Below, one piece after another: positions 1 through 9,435 of a DNA stretch of 64,000 nucleotides; within the stretch, counting starts at the first letter, position 1, and every line of letters begins with the position of its first letter. Source of the stretch: an uncultured archaeon (lineage in GTDB: Archaea > Thermoplasmatota > Penumbrarchaeia > JASLWR01). The position numbers and the translations under genes are program-made. The stretch spans positions 1 through 64,000 of the forward strand of contig CAYSHM010000010.1 in the NCBI GenBank assembly GCA_964430885.1, given 5' to 3'. The notes beneath the pieces are model-generated. The model did not search any database and was not told the origin of the DNA. It worked only from the letters and a program-made list of their open reading frames with translations.

Positions 1-99
1 AGTTATATCGATTGAAAAATAATCAAGAACTTGCACAAATTCTTACGAGGAGCCAGTTTTTTATGTGAATTTTTCAACAAGAACAGAAAAATACTGTTA

Positions 100-2463
100 T
101 TAGGCGTCATTTTCCCTATGCAGTTGTGCCAAAGCTATCTTCTCGGAGGTGATGGGCATAGATCTGATCCTAATACCAGTTGCATTCTCAACGGCATTTG
201 CGATCATTGGGGCGGCAGGTATCATTGGATGCTCTCCGATACCTCTTGCTCCAAATGGTCCATCTGGTTGAGGTACCTCCACCAGTATTGGGACTACTTT
301 TTCTGGGATATCCATTGATGTCGGAATCTTATAATCCCTGAAATCATTGGTCAATAAATTGCCCTTTTCATCAAATCTCATGTCCTCATACAGTGCCGTT
401 GCAATACCCTGAAGAAGACCACCTGTTATCTGACCTTTAGCCAGATCGGGGTTGATTGCTTTCCCGGCATCAATTGCCTCCACGGCTTTTAATATGTCTA
501 TTCTGCCGGTTTCATTATCCACCCTCAGTAAAACTCCGGCAGCCCCCACTGTGTAGTGAACATTGGGATGGCCGCCCTGACTTGTCTCAGGATCCCCGAT
601 AGCCGAAGTAAATTCGGGCATGAACTTGCCCCGACCAATAATCGGACCTCCTCTGAACGTTCCGTCATCCATCATCAGTCCATCAATTACAAAATTCCTT
701 AAAGATAACTTGAATTCGGCATCGGTTCTGCTTTTAACACATTGATCATCCAAATACAGATCATCCAAATCCATAATCTTTGCTTCGGATATTATCCGAA
801 ATATCTGATCCCTAGCATCCTCGGCTGCCTTCTTCACAGCATTTCCGCAGGACCAGGTGACATGTGAGGCCACAGTCTGCCACTCATAGGGATTTCTATC
901 CGTGTCTGGGGTTTCAACCCTGATTTTCTCAGGCGGAATAGATAAAATCTCTGAAGCAATCTGCGCCATCACTGTCAGATAACCCTGTCCCAATTCCATT
1001 CCTGATACCAGTATGTTCAAACTTGCATCCTCATTGAATTTCAGAAATGCTGCCGATGATGCATTAGGGGGCATTGCAGGCGCTTTCCAGAAACAGGCAT
1101 ATCCTCTGCCGTATGATACTCTGCTCACCTCATCCTTGTTACCGCTGTCTTCCATTTCCCTGAGATCATTCAGTTCGTACTCAACCTTATCTATAGCCTC
1201 CGATAAACCGCTGGGATTCATGGGTACTCCATAGGCAAGAATATCCCCTTCCTTTATAGCATTCCTTTTTCTGAATTCAAGGGGTTTTATTCCAAGTCTG
1301 TGGGCTACCTGATCTATATGGGATTCCAGACCGAAATGGAACTCGGAATACCCAAAACCTCTATAAGGGCCACAGGGAGGAAGATTGGTATAAATTCCGA
1401 TAGAATCAATTTTTACATTGGGAACTCTGTATGGCCCAGTAGCAGATAGACCTACCGCATTCACAACATTTGCCCCATACTCTACATAGGCACCGCAATC
1501 CCAATATAACTTATGTTCAAGGGAGATGATGGTCCCATCCTTTTTAACACCCATTTTGATATTCGCTACAATCGCCTGTCTTTGGTATGTATTGTAAAAT
1601 TCCTGCTCCCGGGACCATAGTATTTTCACCGGGGAACCTTTTACACTAGTAGCCAAAGCCGCCGCAAGTATCTCCATAGTTACGCCCGCCTTCCCTCCGA
1701 AACCGCCTCCTACAAAAGGTGCTATTACCCTCACATCCTTATGAGTAATGCCAAGAGGAGACAAAGCGTTGGCAAAAATGTTTCTCTGGGTATAAGGCGA
1801 CTGTGACGATGCCCATACGGTTAGACGGCCTGCCATATCATACAGACCCACTGCACCGTGGATCTCAATGGCGCTGTGAGAATACCTGGGCACTCTGTAA
1901 GTGTCCTCATAAATCAGGTCCGCATCACGGAATCCCTTCTCTGGATCGCCTTTCAGGGTTTTTCTGTAATGAGCAACATTGGTGTCGCACCTGGGAAAGA
2001 ACCAGGGGACGCATTCATATTCTCCTAAACCTGGATGCAGAAGATTATTACCATCCTCAAAAGCTTTGACCGGATCAAAAAGAGGTTTTATAGGCCGATA
2101 TTTGACCTTGACCAATTTGGAAGCCCTTTTTGCGATACGTTCAGTTCTAGCAATGACTGCTGCTACCTGTTCACCCACAAATCGGACCCTATCCTGAGCA
2201 AATATGTATCGATCCGCCATATATAGGCCGAACTTGTAGGGAAATTCATCTCCGGTTACAACCTTTACGACTCCAGGAACTTTTTCAGCTTCCGATATAT
2301 CAATATCCAGAATATCCGCATGGGCATGGGGACTTTCGACAACCGCAGCATACAGTAATCCAGGTCCAAAATCCAGGTCCTCAATATAACTGGCAGACCC
2401 GCTTATCTTCTCCAGTCCGTCTATCCGCATTGTGGGTTTGCCGATATAGGAATACTTGTTCAT
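100..2463 (-). CDS. Xanthine dehydrogenase-family molybdopterin-binding (large) subunit
   Basis: 787 aa. N-terminal hammerhead region (RIDGLEKISG, VESPHAHA) and Moco-contact motifs GGGFGGK, YRGFG, ELGQG, ARGIGE. Overlaps the small-subunit gene by ATGA. Confidence 0.93.
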   Translation of the reverse strand: MNKYSYIGKPTMRIDGLEKISGSASYIEDLDFGPGLLYAAVVESPHAHADILDIDISEAEKVPGVVKVVTGDEFPYKFGLYMADRYIFAQDRVRFVGEQVAAVIARTERIAKRASKLVKVKYRPIKPLFDPVKAFEDGNNLLHPGLGEYECVPWFFPRCDTNVAHYRKTLKGDPEKGFRDADLIYEDTYRVPRYSHSAIEIHGAVGLYDMAGRLTVWASSQSPYTQRNIFANALSPLGITHKDVRVIAPFVGGGFGGKAGVTMEILAAALATSVKGSPVKILWSREQEFYNTYQRQAIVANIKMGVKKDGTIISLEHKLYWDCGAYVEYGANVVNAVGLSATGPYRVPNVKIDSIGIYTNLPPCGPYRGFGYSEFHFGLESHIDQVAHRLGIKPLEFRKRNAIKEGDILAYGVPMNPSGLSEAIDKVEYELNDLREMEDSGNKDEVSRVSYGRGYACFWKAPAMPPNASSAAFLKFNEDASLNILVSGMELGQGYLTVMAQIASEILSIPPEKIRVETPDTDRNPYEWQTVASHVTWSCGNAVKKAAEDARDQIFRIISEAKIMDLDDLYLDDQCVKSRTDAEFKLSLRNFVIDGLMMDDGTFRGGPIIGRGKFMPEFTSAIGDPETSQGGHPNVHYTVGAAGVLLRVDNETGRIDILKAVEAIDAGKAINPDLAKGQITGGLLQGIATALYEDMRFDEKGNLLTNDFRDYKIPTSMDIPEKVVPILVEVPQPDGPFGARGIGEHPMIPAAPMIANAVENATGIRIRSMPITSEKIALAQLHRENDA

Positions 2464-2963
2464 TCTCCACCGCCTCCTTTATCACCGCATCGGCAGTTGT
2501 CCTTCCCTGTTTCATGTACTGCCTCTAGGATAGGAGCATAACCTGTACACCTGCAGAGATTTCCTGAGAGTGCCAATTTGATCTCATCCATATCTGGTTC
2601 AGGGTTTCTGCTGAAAAGGTCCATTATGGACATGATGATCCCAGGAGCACAGAATCCGCATTGGAATGCGTTTTTTTCAAGAAGTGCTTTCTGGATATAA
2701 TTTATCCTATCCCTGGCGATCCCTTCGATGGTTGTGACCTCCAGTCCATCAACCTCAACAGCCAGGATCAAACAGCTTCTGACGCTTTTCCCTTCCAGAA
2801 TAACAGTACAGCTTCCGCATTCGCCTTGATTGCAGCCGCATTTGGGACTTTTTACTCCAAGTCTCTTGCGAAGAACCTCCAAAAGGGTTTCATGGGGTTC
2901 CACCGCTAGTTCCCGGTCCTCTCCGTTGAGGATTATTTTTATCCTGTAAAACTCAGATGTCAT
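2460..2963 (-). CDS. XDH/CoxS-family 2x[2Fe-2S] small subunit
   Basis: Motifs GCNQGECGSC...SC and FQCGFCAPG...GNLCRCTGY. ATGA overlaps on both sides. Confidence 0.95.
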   Translation of the reverse strand: MTSEFYRIKIILNGEDRELAVEPHETLLEVLRKRLGVKSPKCGCNQGECGSCTVILEGKSVRSCLILAVEVDGLEVTTIEGIARDRINYIQKALLEKNAFQCGFCAPGIIMSIMDLFSRNPEPDMDEIKLALSGNLCRCTGYAPILEAVHETGKDNCRCGDKGGGGE

Positions 2964-3847
2964 ACAGACACCTCCCCATAATTTGGACCATTTCCATTCA
3001 ATCGAGCCCGAGCTGCAAACAATGCTCTTTTGAACATTATCTTAGCCATATGATACCGGTATTCCTTTGAAGAGCGTATATCGGTTATAGGTGAGATGAC
3101 CTCCTCAACCTTGTACAGCATGTCGTCAAACACGGAATTATCAATTATTTTTCCGGAAAAATGTTTCTCCAGGGAGCGTGCTCTTAATGGTACCGGTCCG
3201 ACCGCAGAAAACGCAACCCTGTACTCATTCTCCTTTAGCGCCAATATTCCCACACCAACCTGAGCCAGATCCTGCCCTCTATACCTTCCTTTTTTAAGAT
3301 AGCAGCTGCCGTGATCACCCGGGGACCTCAAAGTAATACCCGTAACGATCTCTCCGGGCTCGATTGCAGTCTTTTGAGGAGCCAAGAACCATTTCTCTAT
3401 TGGAACTGAACGTTCTGCCTTTATACTTTTTAGCTGAACCGATGAATCATAGAGAATGACCGCGGCCCCGCTGTCCAGGGACGGAACTGCTGCGCATATA
3501 TTACCCACGAGAGTGGCTCTATTCCTTATACCCATGGATCCCATCAGGATGCTGCTTTCGTAAATGAGGGGATAATTATTTCTGACTACTGTATTCCTCA
3601 ACAAATCGTCAAAGGTAACCCCCGCTCCTATGAACAAGCGATCCTCCTTGTTGACTATGGCACCCAACTCCTTTATTCCCTTTATATCGACAACAGCTGA
3701 GACATCATATTTTTCATCTTTTAACCCCGATACAAGATCGGTCCCGCCCGCCAGAACCACGGCTTTTTTCTCATACCTATCAAGCAGATCCAAACAATTC
3801 TGCAGTTCTTCCGGCCTATAATATTTATAATCAATAAGGATGGACAC
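2960..3847 (-). CDS. XDH/CoxM-family FAD-binding (medium) subunit
   Basis: Motifs LAGGTDL, IRNRATLVGN, PITDIRSSKEYR. GTG start after an AGGTG SD. Confidence 0.94.
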   Translation of the reverse strand: MSILIDYKYYRPEELQNCLDLLDRYEKKAVVLAGGTDLVSGLKDEKYDVSAVVDIKGIKELGAIVNKEDRLFIGAGVTFDDLLRNTVVRNNYPLIYESSILMGSMGIRNRATLVGNICAAVPSLDSGAAVILYDSSVQLKSIKAERSVPIEKWFLAPQKTAIEPGEIVTGITLRSPGDHGSCYLKKGRYRGQDLAQVGVGILALKENEYRVAFSAVGPVPLRARSLEKHFSGKIIDNSVFDDMLYKVEEVISPITDIRSSKEYRYHMAKIMFKRALFAARARLNGNGPNYGEVSV

Positions 3848-3935
3848 CTTTTCACACCTAATGTATCATATATCGTTTCAACAAATTATTTACTGAATAT
3901 ATAGATGGATTTTTATTTACTTCAAATCAATATCA

Positions 3936-4757
3936 TCAGTCTACTGGGCCATCAATGGCAACTATCCTACACATGGATGATTCCAGTTCAATACCCTTGA
4001 GGGGAAAACATCCTATCCATAAACGTCTATTTCCCACTTCATTAATATCCCCTCCGAGGTTTTCAGCATGTACTAGGCCTTTGGGGAATAGCTTCAGATG
4101 CATAACCTGATAAAAAACCTCTGGCGGAAACATCTCATCCCATTTCTTTCCGTATTTTCGGATCAAGTTCTTTTCAGCCTCTAAGAATGATTTCGGATGC
4201 CAATCCCGGATAATCGTGTTCATGGGATGGTCAGCACTGCCGCAGTCAACACCTATCCACTTCAACTTCATATCCAAAGCCCACTGGTGGAACTCGGGAC
4301 CTGGACCCGGGTGTTTGACAAAATATCTAACTTCATCGGATCCAGGCTGGTCCCATGCATATCTGTTATATCCCGTATTGATAATTAGAATATCGCCTTC
4401 TTTGATATCCACCTTATCCATAAGCATCTCAGGCGAATAAAGATCATAATCTCCAACCTCGTCCGATATATCAACGATAACTCCTGGACCGATCCATTCT
4501 TCCAAGGGGACCTTTCCAATAGTTCGTCCGCTGCCGAAGAAGTGGATCTCTCCATCCATATGAGTTCCCACGTGATTACTGGTTTTGATTATCTGTCCGT
4601 TAGCTCCCTGTCCCATGTGAGCACCGGCAATTCTCTTAAAATACTGAATTTGCAGGGGCATATAACTAGGCCAAGGCGGAGTATGTACACTTAAAGGCTG
4701 TGTAAGATCATATATCCTGAAACTATTCATCAATTCGAGAAATTCTTCTGTATTCAT
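3936..4757 (-). CDS. Cyclase-family (kynurenine formamidase-like) metal-dependent hydrolase
   Basis: YDLTQPL, metal motif HVGTHMDGEIH (HxGTHxD), GDILIINTG, WIGVD, HAENL. GGAGGT SD upstream. Confidence 0.88.
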   Translation of the reverse strand: MNTEEFLELMNSFRIYDLTQPLSVHTPPWPSYMPLQIQYFKRIAGAHMGQGANGQIIKTSNHVGTHMDGEIHFFGSGRTIGKVPLEEWIGPGVIVDISDEVGDYDLYSPEMLMDKVDIKEGDILIINTGYNRYAWDQPGSDEVRYFVKHPGPGPEFHQWALDMKLKWIGVDCGSADHPMNTIIRDWHPKSFLEAEKNLIRKYGKKWDEMFPPEVFYQVMHLKLFPKGLVHAENLGGDINEVGNRRLWIGCFPLKGIELESSMCRIVAIDGPVD

Positions 4758-4976
4758 TTCATACCTCCATTAAAATCAATAAATATTGCTGGATGATTGA
4801 TATCATTACAATTTTATGATACATTTATTAACTGGATTACATCCATCAAACACCTGGTAATTGTGAAGAATGATATATGTTTTTACCGTTTTTATTCCTA
4901 TTATAATAATAGAATATCCATTAGTGCAATCCATAAAAAAAAAATGAATAATAAAAAACAACCCTAATAATAAAGC

Positions 4977-5036
4977 AGGGGGGAGTAGGTAGTTGTTCCC
5001 CCCTTCGTCTGGGATTTCATCAATATCAAAATCCCA
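4977..5036 (-). terminator. Twin stem-loops followed by T-tracts downstream of the SPFH gene
   Basis: Two 8-bp inverted repeats: TGGGATTT/AAATCCCA (5010-5017/5029-5036) and AGGGGGGA/TCCCCCCT (4977-4984/4997-5004). On the minus strand they begin ~27 nt after the stop at 5063 and are followed by T-rich runs. Confidence 0.5.
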
Positions 5037-5062
5037 TTATTCAAATCGAGAAATATATTTAC

Positions 5063-6547
5063 CTATTTCAATCCAGTCCCGCAGAATGGACACATTGCAA
5101 AGTCAGCCCTTACTTCCTTTCCGCAATTGGGGCAGGTCTGTTGCTGAGGTTGCGGGGGTGTAGCATCGATGTTCATTCGTGTCTGAACGTTGCCACTGCC
5201 GCCGCTCTGAACGAGGGTCTGGGGTCCGTTCTGCTTGGAAGCCTGCATGAGATTCGCAGCTTCCTTGTTCATGTTTATCTGATGCTGTCTCTCTCGGTCC
5301 TCGGCTGCTTTATATGTGTCTAGATTGTGGCGTTGGGCTTCAGACTCGGATAAACTCTGAACCTTATCACCTTCCCTGTCAAGTGCCTTCTGCATGGTCA
5401 TTTGCCGCATCATTTCCTGAAGTGCCCCCGAGTCCGCAGCACCTGAGGAAACTGCCTGGCTCATGATCTGCTGCATTGCGTTGGTCTGCATAGCCATCTG
5501 CTGATTCTGCTGATCAAAGTCCTGCTGCTTCTGGCTCATCTTCATCTGAGACATCTGCTGCTTTGCCATCATTGCCTGCTGTAGCTCCTTTGCATCCTGT
5601 TCAGCTTCAAGAGCTTCCTTCTGGGCTTTGAGAGCCAACTGCTCCTGCTTTCGCCTAAGCTCCTCATTGAACTTTTCCTTGGACTTGTCCATCTTATGCT
5701 CGTGTTTCAATTTGTCGCGCTCAATGGCAGAATCCAAATGAGTAGTCTTTAAGGATTCCTTCCCTGCAACTTCACCCCTTCTAAGGTCCCATTTGTCCTG
5801 TCTGGTCTTCTCCACCTTGTCATGCTTCCTCTGCTGCTTCGCAACCCAGGCTTCATGGTCGATCTCGTGTTTATCAGTCTTAAGACCCGCTTTAGCCCTG
5901 TGTTCCTCTACATGATCATGCATTGTCTTGTTCCAGTTTGTGAACATTCTTACAATGGACATTCCCCACATTGCAAAGGTTTTTCTCATCTCCACCATTG
6001 CTGCGGTTTCCATATCCTTGATAATATCTACATTGCCGTGGAATTCCTCCTTTGAGTATTTGGCAATGCGGTTCTTGAAGACCATTGATACTATCTCATC
6101 GTAGATCTTCTTCTGCAGCATGTTCTTAGATAGAACTGATTTTGCACGCATAAGGGTCAATACCTTTGTTGCATTTTCCGAAGAAAGTGTGAATCGTAGT
6201 GTACACTTACCTTTGATGGGCATGTGGTCCTTTGTAGAGGCCACGACGGGGAAATGCAGCTCAATAGGGGATATATCCATGAATAAAAGTTTATATTTCT
6301 TCCTGTCAAGAATTCCAAATAATTTCTTGATGCGGGTCTGGGTTATAACATCCTCGACCTTGCCATCTGTAATGATCACAGCACATTCATTAGGTTCAAT
6401 CGTAAAATCCTTCAGCATGTCCTTCTTAAAGATGAACTTGCGCTCCTTTTCATCACCTTTGGAAATAATCCTAGCAACGATCTTTTCAGGGTGTACATCG
6501 GCTCCCTTGATCTTTTTCCAATGCCATTTTTTGTATGCTTCACTCAT
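5063..6547 (-). CDS. SPFH/Band-7-like protein with long Q/M/K-rich coiled coil and C-terminal double zinc ribbon
   Basis: N-terminal SPFH-like region (TIEPNECAVIITDGKV...WGMSIVR), coiled-coil middle, C-terminal CPNCG...CPFCG. GGAGGAG SD. Confidence 0.72.
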   Translation of the reverse strand: MSEAYKKWHWKKIKGADVHPEKIVARIISKGDEKERKFIFKKDMLKDFTIEPNECAVIITDGKVEDVITQTRIKKLFGILDRKKYKLLFMDISPIELHFPVVASTKDHMPIKGKCTLRFTLSSENATKVLTLMRAKSVLSKNMLQKKIYDEIVSMVFKNRIAKYSKEEFHGNVDIIKDMETAAMVEMRKTFAMWGMSIVRMFTNWNKTMHDHVEEHRAKAGLKTDKHEIDHEAWVAKQQRKHDKVEKTRQDKWDLRRGEVAGKESLKTTHLDSAIERDKLKHEHKMDKSKEKFNEELRRKQEQLALKAQKEALEAEQDAKELQQAMMAKQQMSQMKMSQKQQDFDQQNQQMAMQTNAMQQIMSQAVSSGAADSGALQEMMRQMTMQKALDREGDKVQSLSESEAQRHNLDTYKAAEDRERQHQINMNKEAANLMQASKQNGPQTLVQSGGSGNVQTRMNIDATPPQPQQQTCPNCGKEVRADFAMCPFCGTGLK

Positions 6548-6562
6548 ATGAATACTCCTCCA

Positions 6563-7153
6563 TTAAAGCTTCTTGATATATTCAATTCTGTTACTGAATT
6601 CGTTCCTAGCAGTTGTGGAATACTGCTTCATCTTTCGAATCTCTTTCTGGGCCTCAAGTGCACTATCCTTGCCCAGATATTTGGTCTGAACTCTTGCCGC
6701 ACCCTTGACCAATTGATTCATCAGATCTATGATCGACGCATCAAATTTTGTTAATTTTTTGATCATTCCCCCGCTCACTGACTTTTGAGCGGAGAAAAAT
6801 GAGTATTTATGACCACTTTCTGCCAAGTCAACCTCATCAGAGAAAATGTCCATTTGATCAATGACCTTTTTGATCTCCTTCTGGGTTTTCATATCTCCGT
6901 CCTCATAGGCATCTTCAAGTATGTCATTGCACACTTCTCTAACCTTGTCGATCTCCTCAAGCACTCGCCTTCTGATAGCTAGATCATCTTCCTTTTTTCG
7001 GGATCCATTGTATCCTGAATAGGAACTTATGGTCCTTTGAACCTGAAGGAAATGCTCCCTTTTCTCAACAACCTTGGTACGGGTTGGCATTACTGGCCGC
7101 TTACCATCCGTATTCTTATTTTTCTTTTTTCCAAATACCATTTGGGTCACCAT
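6563..7153 (-). CDS. Hypothetical alpha-helical protein, probably co-transcribed with the SPFH gene
   Basis: 196-aa ORF, charged and helical (ISSYSGY...DDLAIRRR, ESGHKYSFF, LTKFD). Ends 15 bp before the SPFH start. Start may be at the second Met. Confidence 0.75.
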   Translation of the reverse strand: MVTQMVFGKKKNKNTDGKRPVMPTRTKVVEKREHFLQVQRTISSYSGYNGSRKKEDDLAIRRRVLEEIDKVREVCNDILEDAYEDGDMKTQKEIKKVIDQMDIFSDEVDLAESGHKYSFFSAQKSVSGGMIKKLTKFDASIIDLMNQLVKGAARVQTKYLGKDSALEAQKEIRKMKQYSTTARNEFSNRIEYIKKL

Positions 7154-7414
7154 ATGTTGGTTTGATAAATACTTCGACTACTCTAAATAGTTATTATTTA
7201 ATAAATTTTCCCCCTATTATCCAAAAAATCACCGGGCCTATAGGTAAATTTTTCAAGATTAGCAAACAGATTTACCCCTTTGACTTGATAATTATTTAGT
7301 AATAAAATTTCTTTTTTCCAATATTGACCTAGAGAATAAATAGGTAGGTTGTGCTTTGCTTTGTTATCATAAATTCAATTATCTATACATATATTATTAT
7401 TATCAGGTGTTCTC

Positions 7415-7960
7415 ATGATCCCTACCACTAAGATTGGAATTACAGGTATGAGCGGTGTCGGAAAAACCGACGTTATATTGAAAGTAGCTGAACTTTTGGA
7501 AAAGGAGAACATTTCAGTCGGCGGAATGGTAACAAGACTGGTAGAAGAGGATGGACAGGTGGTGGGTAAGAAATGTGAGAACTGGAAGACCGGAGAATGC
7601 GGTGTTTACGCCCACAAAGATATTCAAAGTGAGAACATTGTAGATGAAATGGGCGTGAATGTTGATGTCCTTAATGAAATCGGTGTCAAGGCCATCAAAC
7701 AAGCCTGTCAGGAATCAGACGTAGTGGTCATCGACGAGGTAGAAAAAAAATCGATTTCTTCTGAAGATTTTATTAATGTGGTAAAGGAAACCATGGATAG
7801 CGATAAAAGAATTATTATAACCCTTCATAAAAGGAGCAGGGACCCCATACTGCAGGATATCAGAAGAAGACACGACATACGAATTCTTGATGTGACCAGC
7901 ATCAATAAAAATCTTCTACCATATAAGATGATAAAGATCTTGAGAGCTGCTCAGAGGTGA
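7415..7960 (+). CDS. THEP1/NTPase_1-family nucleoside triphosphatase
   Basis: Walker A GITGMSGVGKT, VGGMVT, Walker B VVVIDEV. 181 aa, AGGTG SD. Confidence 0.88.
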   Translation: MIPTTKIGITGMSGVGKTDVILKVAELLEKENISVGGMVTRLVEEDGQVVGKKCENWKTGECGVYAHKDIQSENIVDEMGVNVDVLNEIGVKAIKQACQESDVVVIDEVEKKSISSEDFINVVKETMDSDKRIIITLHKRSRDPILQDIRRRHDIRILDVTSINKNLLPYKMIKILRAAQR

Positions 7961-7966
7961 AGCGGT

Positions 7967-9175
7967 ATCGATTCTGACGGTCTGATTCTTCACAAAGAGG
8001 GAAATATAGAATTCTTTTCATCTCCTCAAATAAATCCAAAGGGACCTGCAAAAAAAACAAATACCGCCTTCTATAACCAGGCTATGAAAACCAACCGGGA
8101 TATCCTTGTTATTTTAATGAATGTCCTCAAAGAGAGCGATCATTTCCACACAAATGACCCTGTTCTCCTTGACGGGATGGCTGCAACCGGAGTTCGGGGA
8201 CTTAGAGTTGCAAAGGAAGTCCGCGGGTTCAAACTTCATCTGAATGATGTGGACCCAAAAACTATACCAATTCTAAATAGAAATATCGAACTGAACTCTC
8301 CAATTAATGCCCAAGTCACCCGGGAAGATGTACGGAAAATCCTTCTGAATGAGCGGTTCGATGTTGTCGACATTGATCCTTTTGGATCTCCGGCACCTTT
8401 CATAGATTTTGCTCTATACGGACTGAAAATGAACGGTATATTGGCGGTGACTGCTACTGACACAGGGGCACTTTATGGAACATATCCTAAGCCCTGTATC
8501 AGGCGCTATGATAGTAAACCCCTGAAGACCTATTTCTCCCATGAGCTGGGAATCCGCATCCTGGCATCTTCAGTTATCAGAAAAGCGGCAGTCAGGGATT
8601 TAGCTGCCTATCCTGTATTATGTTATGCTCAAGATCATTATTATAGGTTATATTTCAGACTTGAAAGAGGAGCAAAGAAGGCAGATTCACTCCTTGATAG
8701 ATTGGGTTATGTAATTCAAAGAAATAATACTTCATTCTGGAATATAACACCTAGATTTGAATTAATGGGATTGAAGGAAAAAGATCAAGAACTGGGAGGG
8801 CCAATATATTTAGAGCCATTGGTGGATGAAAAATTAGGCATTTCAATTAAAAAATTCATCAATAAGCAGCAAAAAACTGAGAATTATTCCAAAACAGACG
8901 GATTCAAGGAGGCCAGTAAAATATTGACTATACTTCTCAGTGAATATGATAAACTTCCGTTTTTTTACTGTTCTCACGATATATCAATGAATATGAAAGT
9001 CTCACCTCCGCAACTAGAACGCATATTGGAAACATTTCAACAAAAGGGCATTTGTATGGGACGAACACACCTATCGCCAACCGGATTTAAGATCCACCGA
9101 AAGCATGAAAAGGACAAAGATAATATCGATAAGATGATCCGTGATGTTTTTATTGAGCTTTCTACAAACCTGTGA
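7967..9175 (+). CDS. trm1: tRNA (guanine-26 N2,N2)-dimethyltransferase Trm1 (start uncertain, upstream of the ATG at 8084)
   Basis: FYNQAMKTNRD, whose FYN lies upstream of ATG 8084. Also LDGMAATGVRGLR, LND, DIDPFGSP, VTATD, HELGIRIL, HYYR, RTHLSPTGFK. Confidence 0.9.
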   Translation: MDSDGLILHKEGNIEFFSSPQINPKGPAKKTNTAFYNQAMKTNRDILVILMNVLKESDHFHTNDPVLLDGMAATGVRGLRVAKEVRGFKLHLNDVDPKTIPILNRNIELNSPINAQVTREDVRKILLNERFDVVDIDPFGSPAPFIDFALYGLKMNGILAVTATDTGALYGTYPKPCIRRYDSKPLKTYFSHELGIRILASSVIRKAAVRDLAAYPVLCYAQDHYYRLYFRLERGAKKADSLLDRLGYVIQRNNTSFWNITPRFELMGLKEKDQELGGPIYLEPLVDEKLGISIKKFINKQQKTENYSKTDGFKEASKILTILLSEYDKLPFFYCSHDISMNMKVSPPQLERILETFQQKGICMGRTHLSPTGFKIHRKHEKDKDNIDKMIRDVFIELSTNL

Positions 9176-9351
9176 TCATTAACTTCAAAGAATCAATATT
9201 ATAATCTCTAATAAACTATCAAGAAAACATACTTATATGCCTCTTTCCAATGATGGCGATGTTTGATTACTATTCATATGGGTCCATAGCGCAAAATTGA
9301 AGATGTCGTTGATGTGCCCATTGATTCACTCACATCCGTTTGCTCATTAAT

Positions 9352-9425
9352 GGGCCCATAGATCAGACTGGAAGATCGTCTGCTTTGCAAGCAGAAGGCC
9401 GCGGGTTCAAATCCCGCTGGGTCCA
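9352..9425 (+). tRNA. tRNA-Ala (anticodon UGC)
   Basis: Acceptor stem GGGCCCA/TGGGTCC with the G3:U70 alanine identity pair. D stem GATC/GATC, anticodon stem TCTGC/GCAGA with TGC at 9386-9388, T arm GCGGG-TTCAAAT-CCCGC, discriminator A. No encoded CCA; followed by a T run. Confidence 0.97.
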
Positions 9426-9435
9426 TTTTTAACTT

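Noticed and set aside
100-2463. Aerobic CO dehydrogenase (coxL)
   Set aside because: The active-site loop is PYRGFG, not AYxCSFR (form I) or AYRGAGR (form II).
4977-5036. Hammerhead ribozyme, SECIS or riboswitch in the twin hairpins
   Set aside because: The CUGANGA/GAAA core is not properly formed and the adjacent genes have no in-frame UGA. A terminator or stability element is the simpler reading.
7958-7960. Selenocysteine at the NTPase/Trm1 TGA
   Set aside because: It falls at the normal end of a full-length NTPase, is not at a Cys-equivalent catalytic position, and forms part of an SD sequence.
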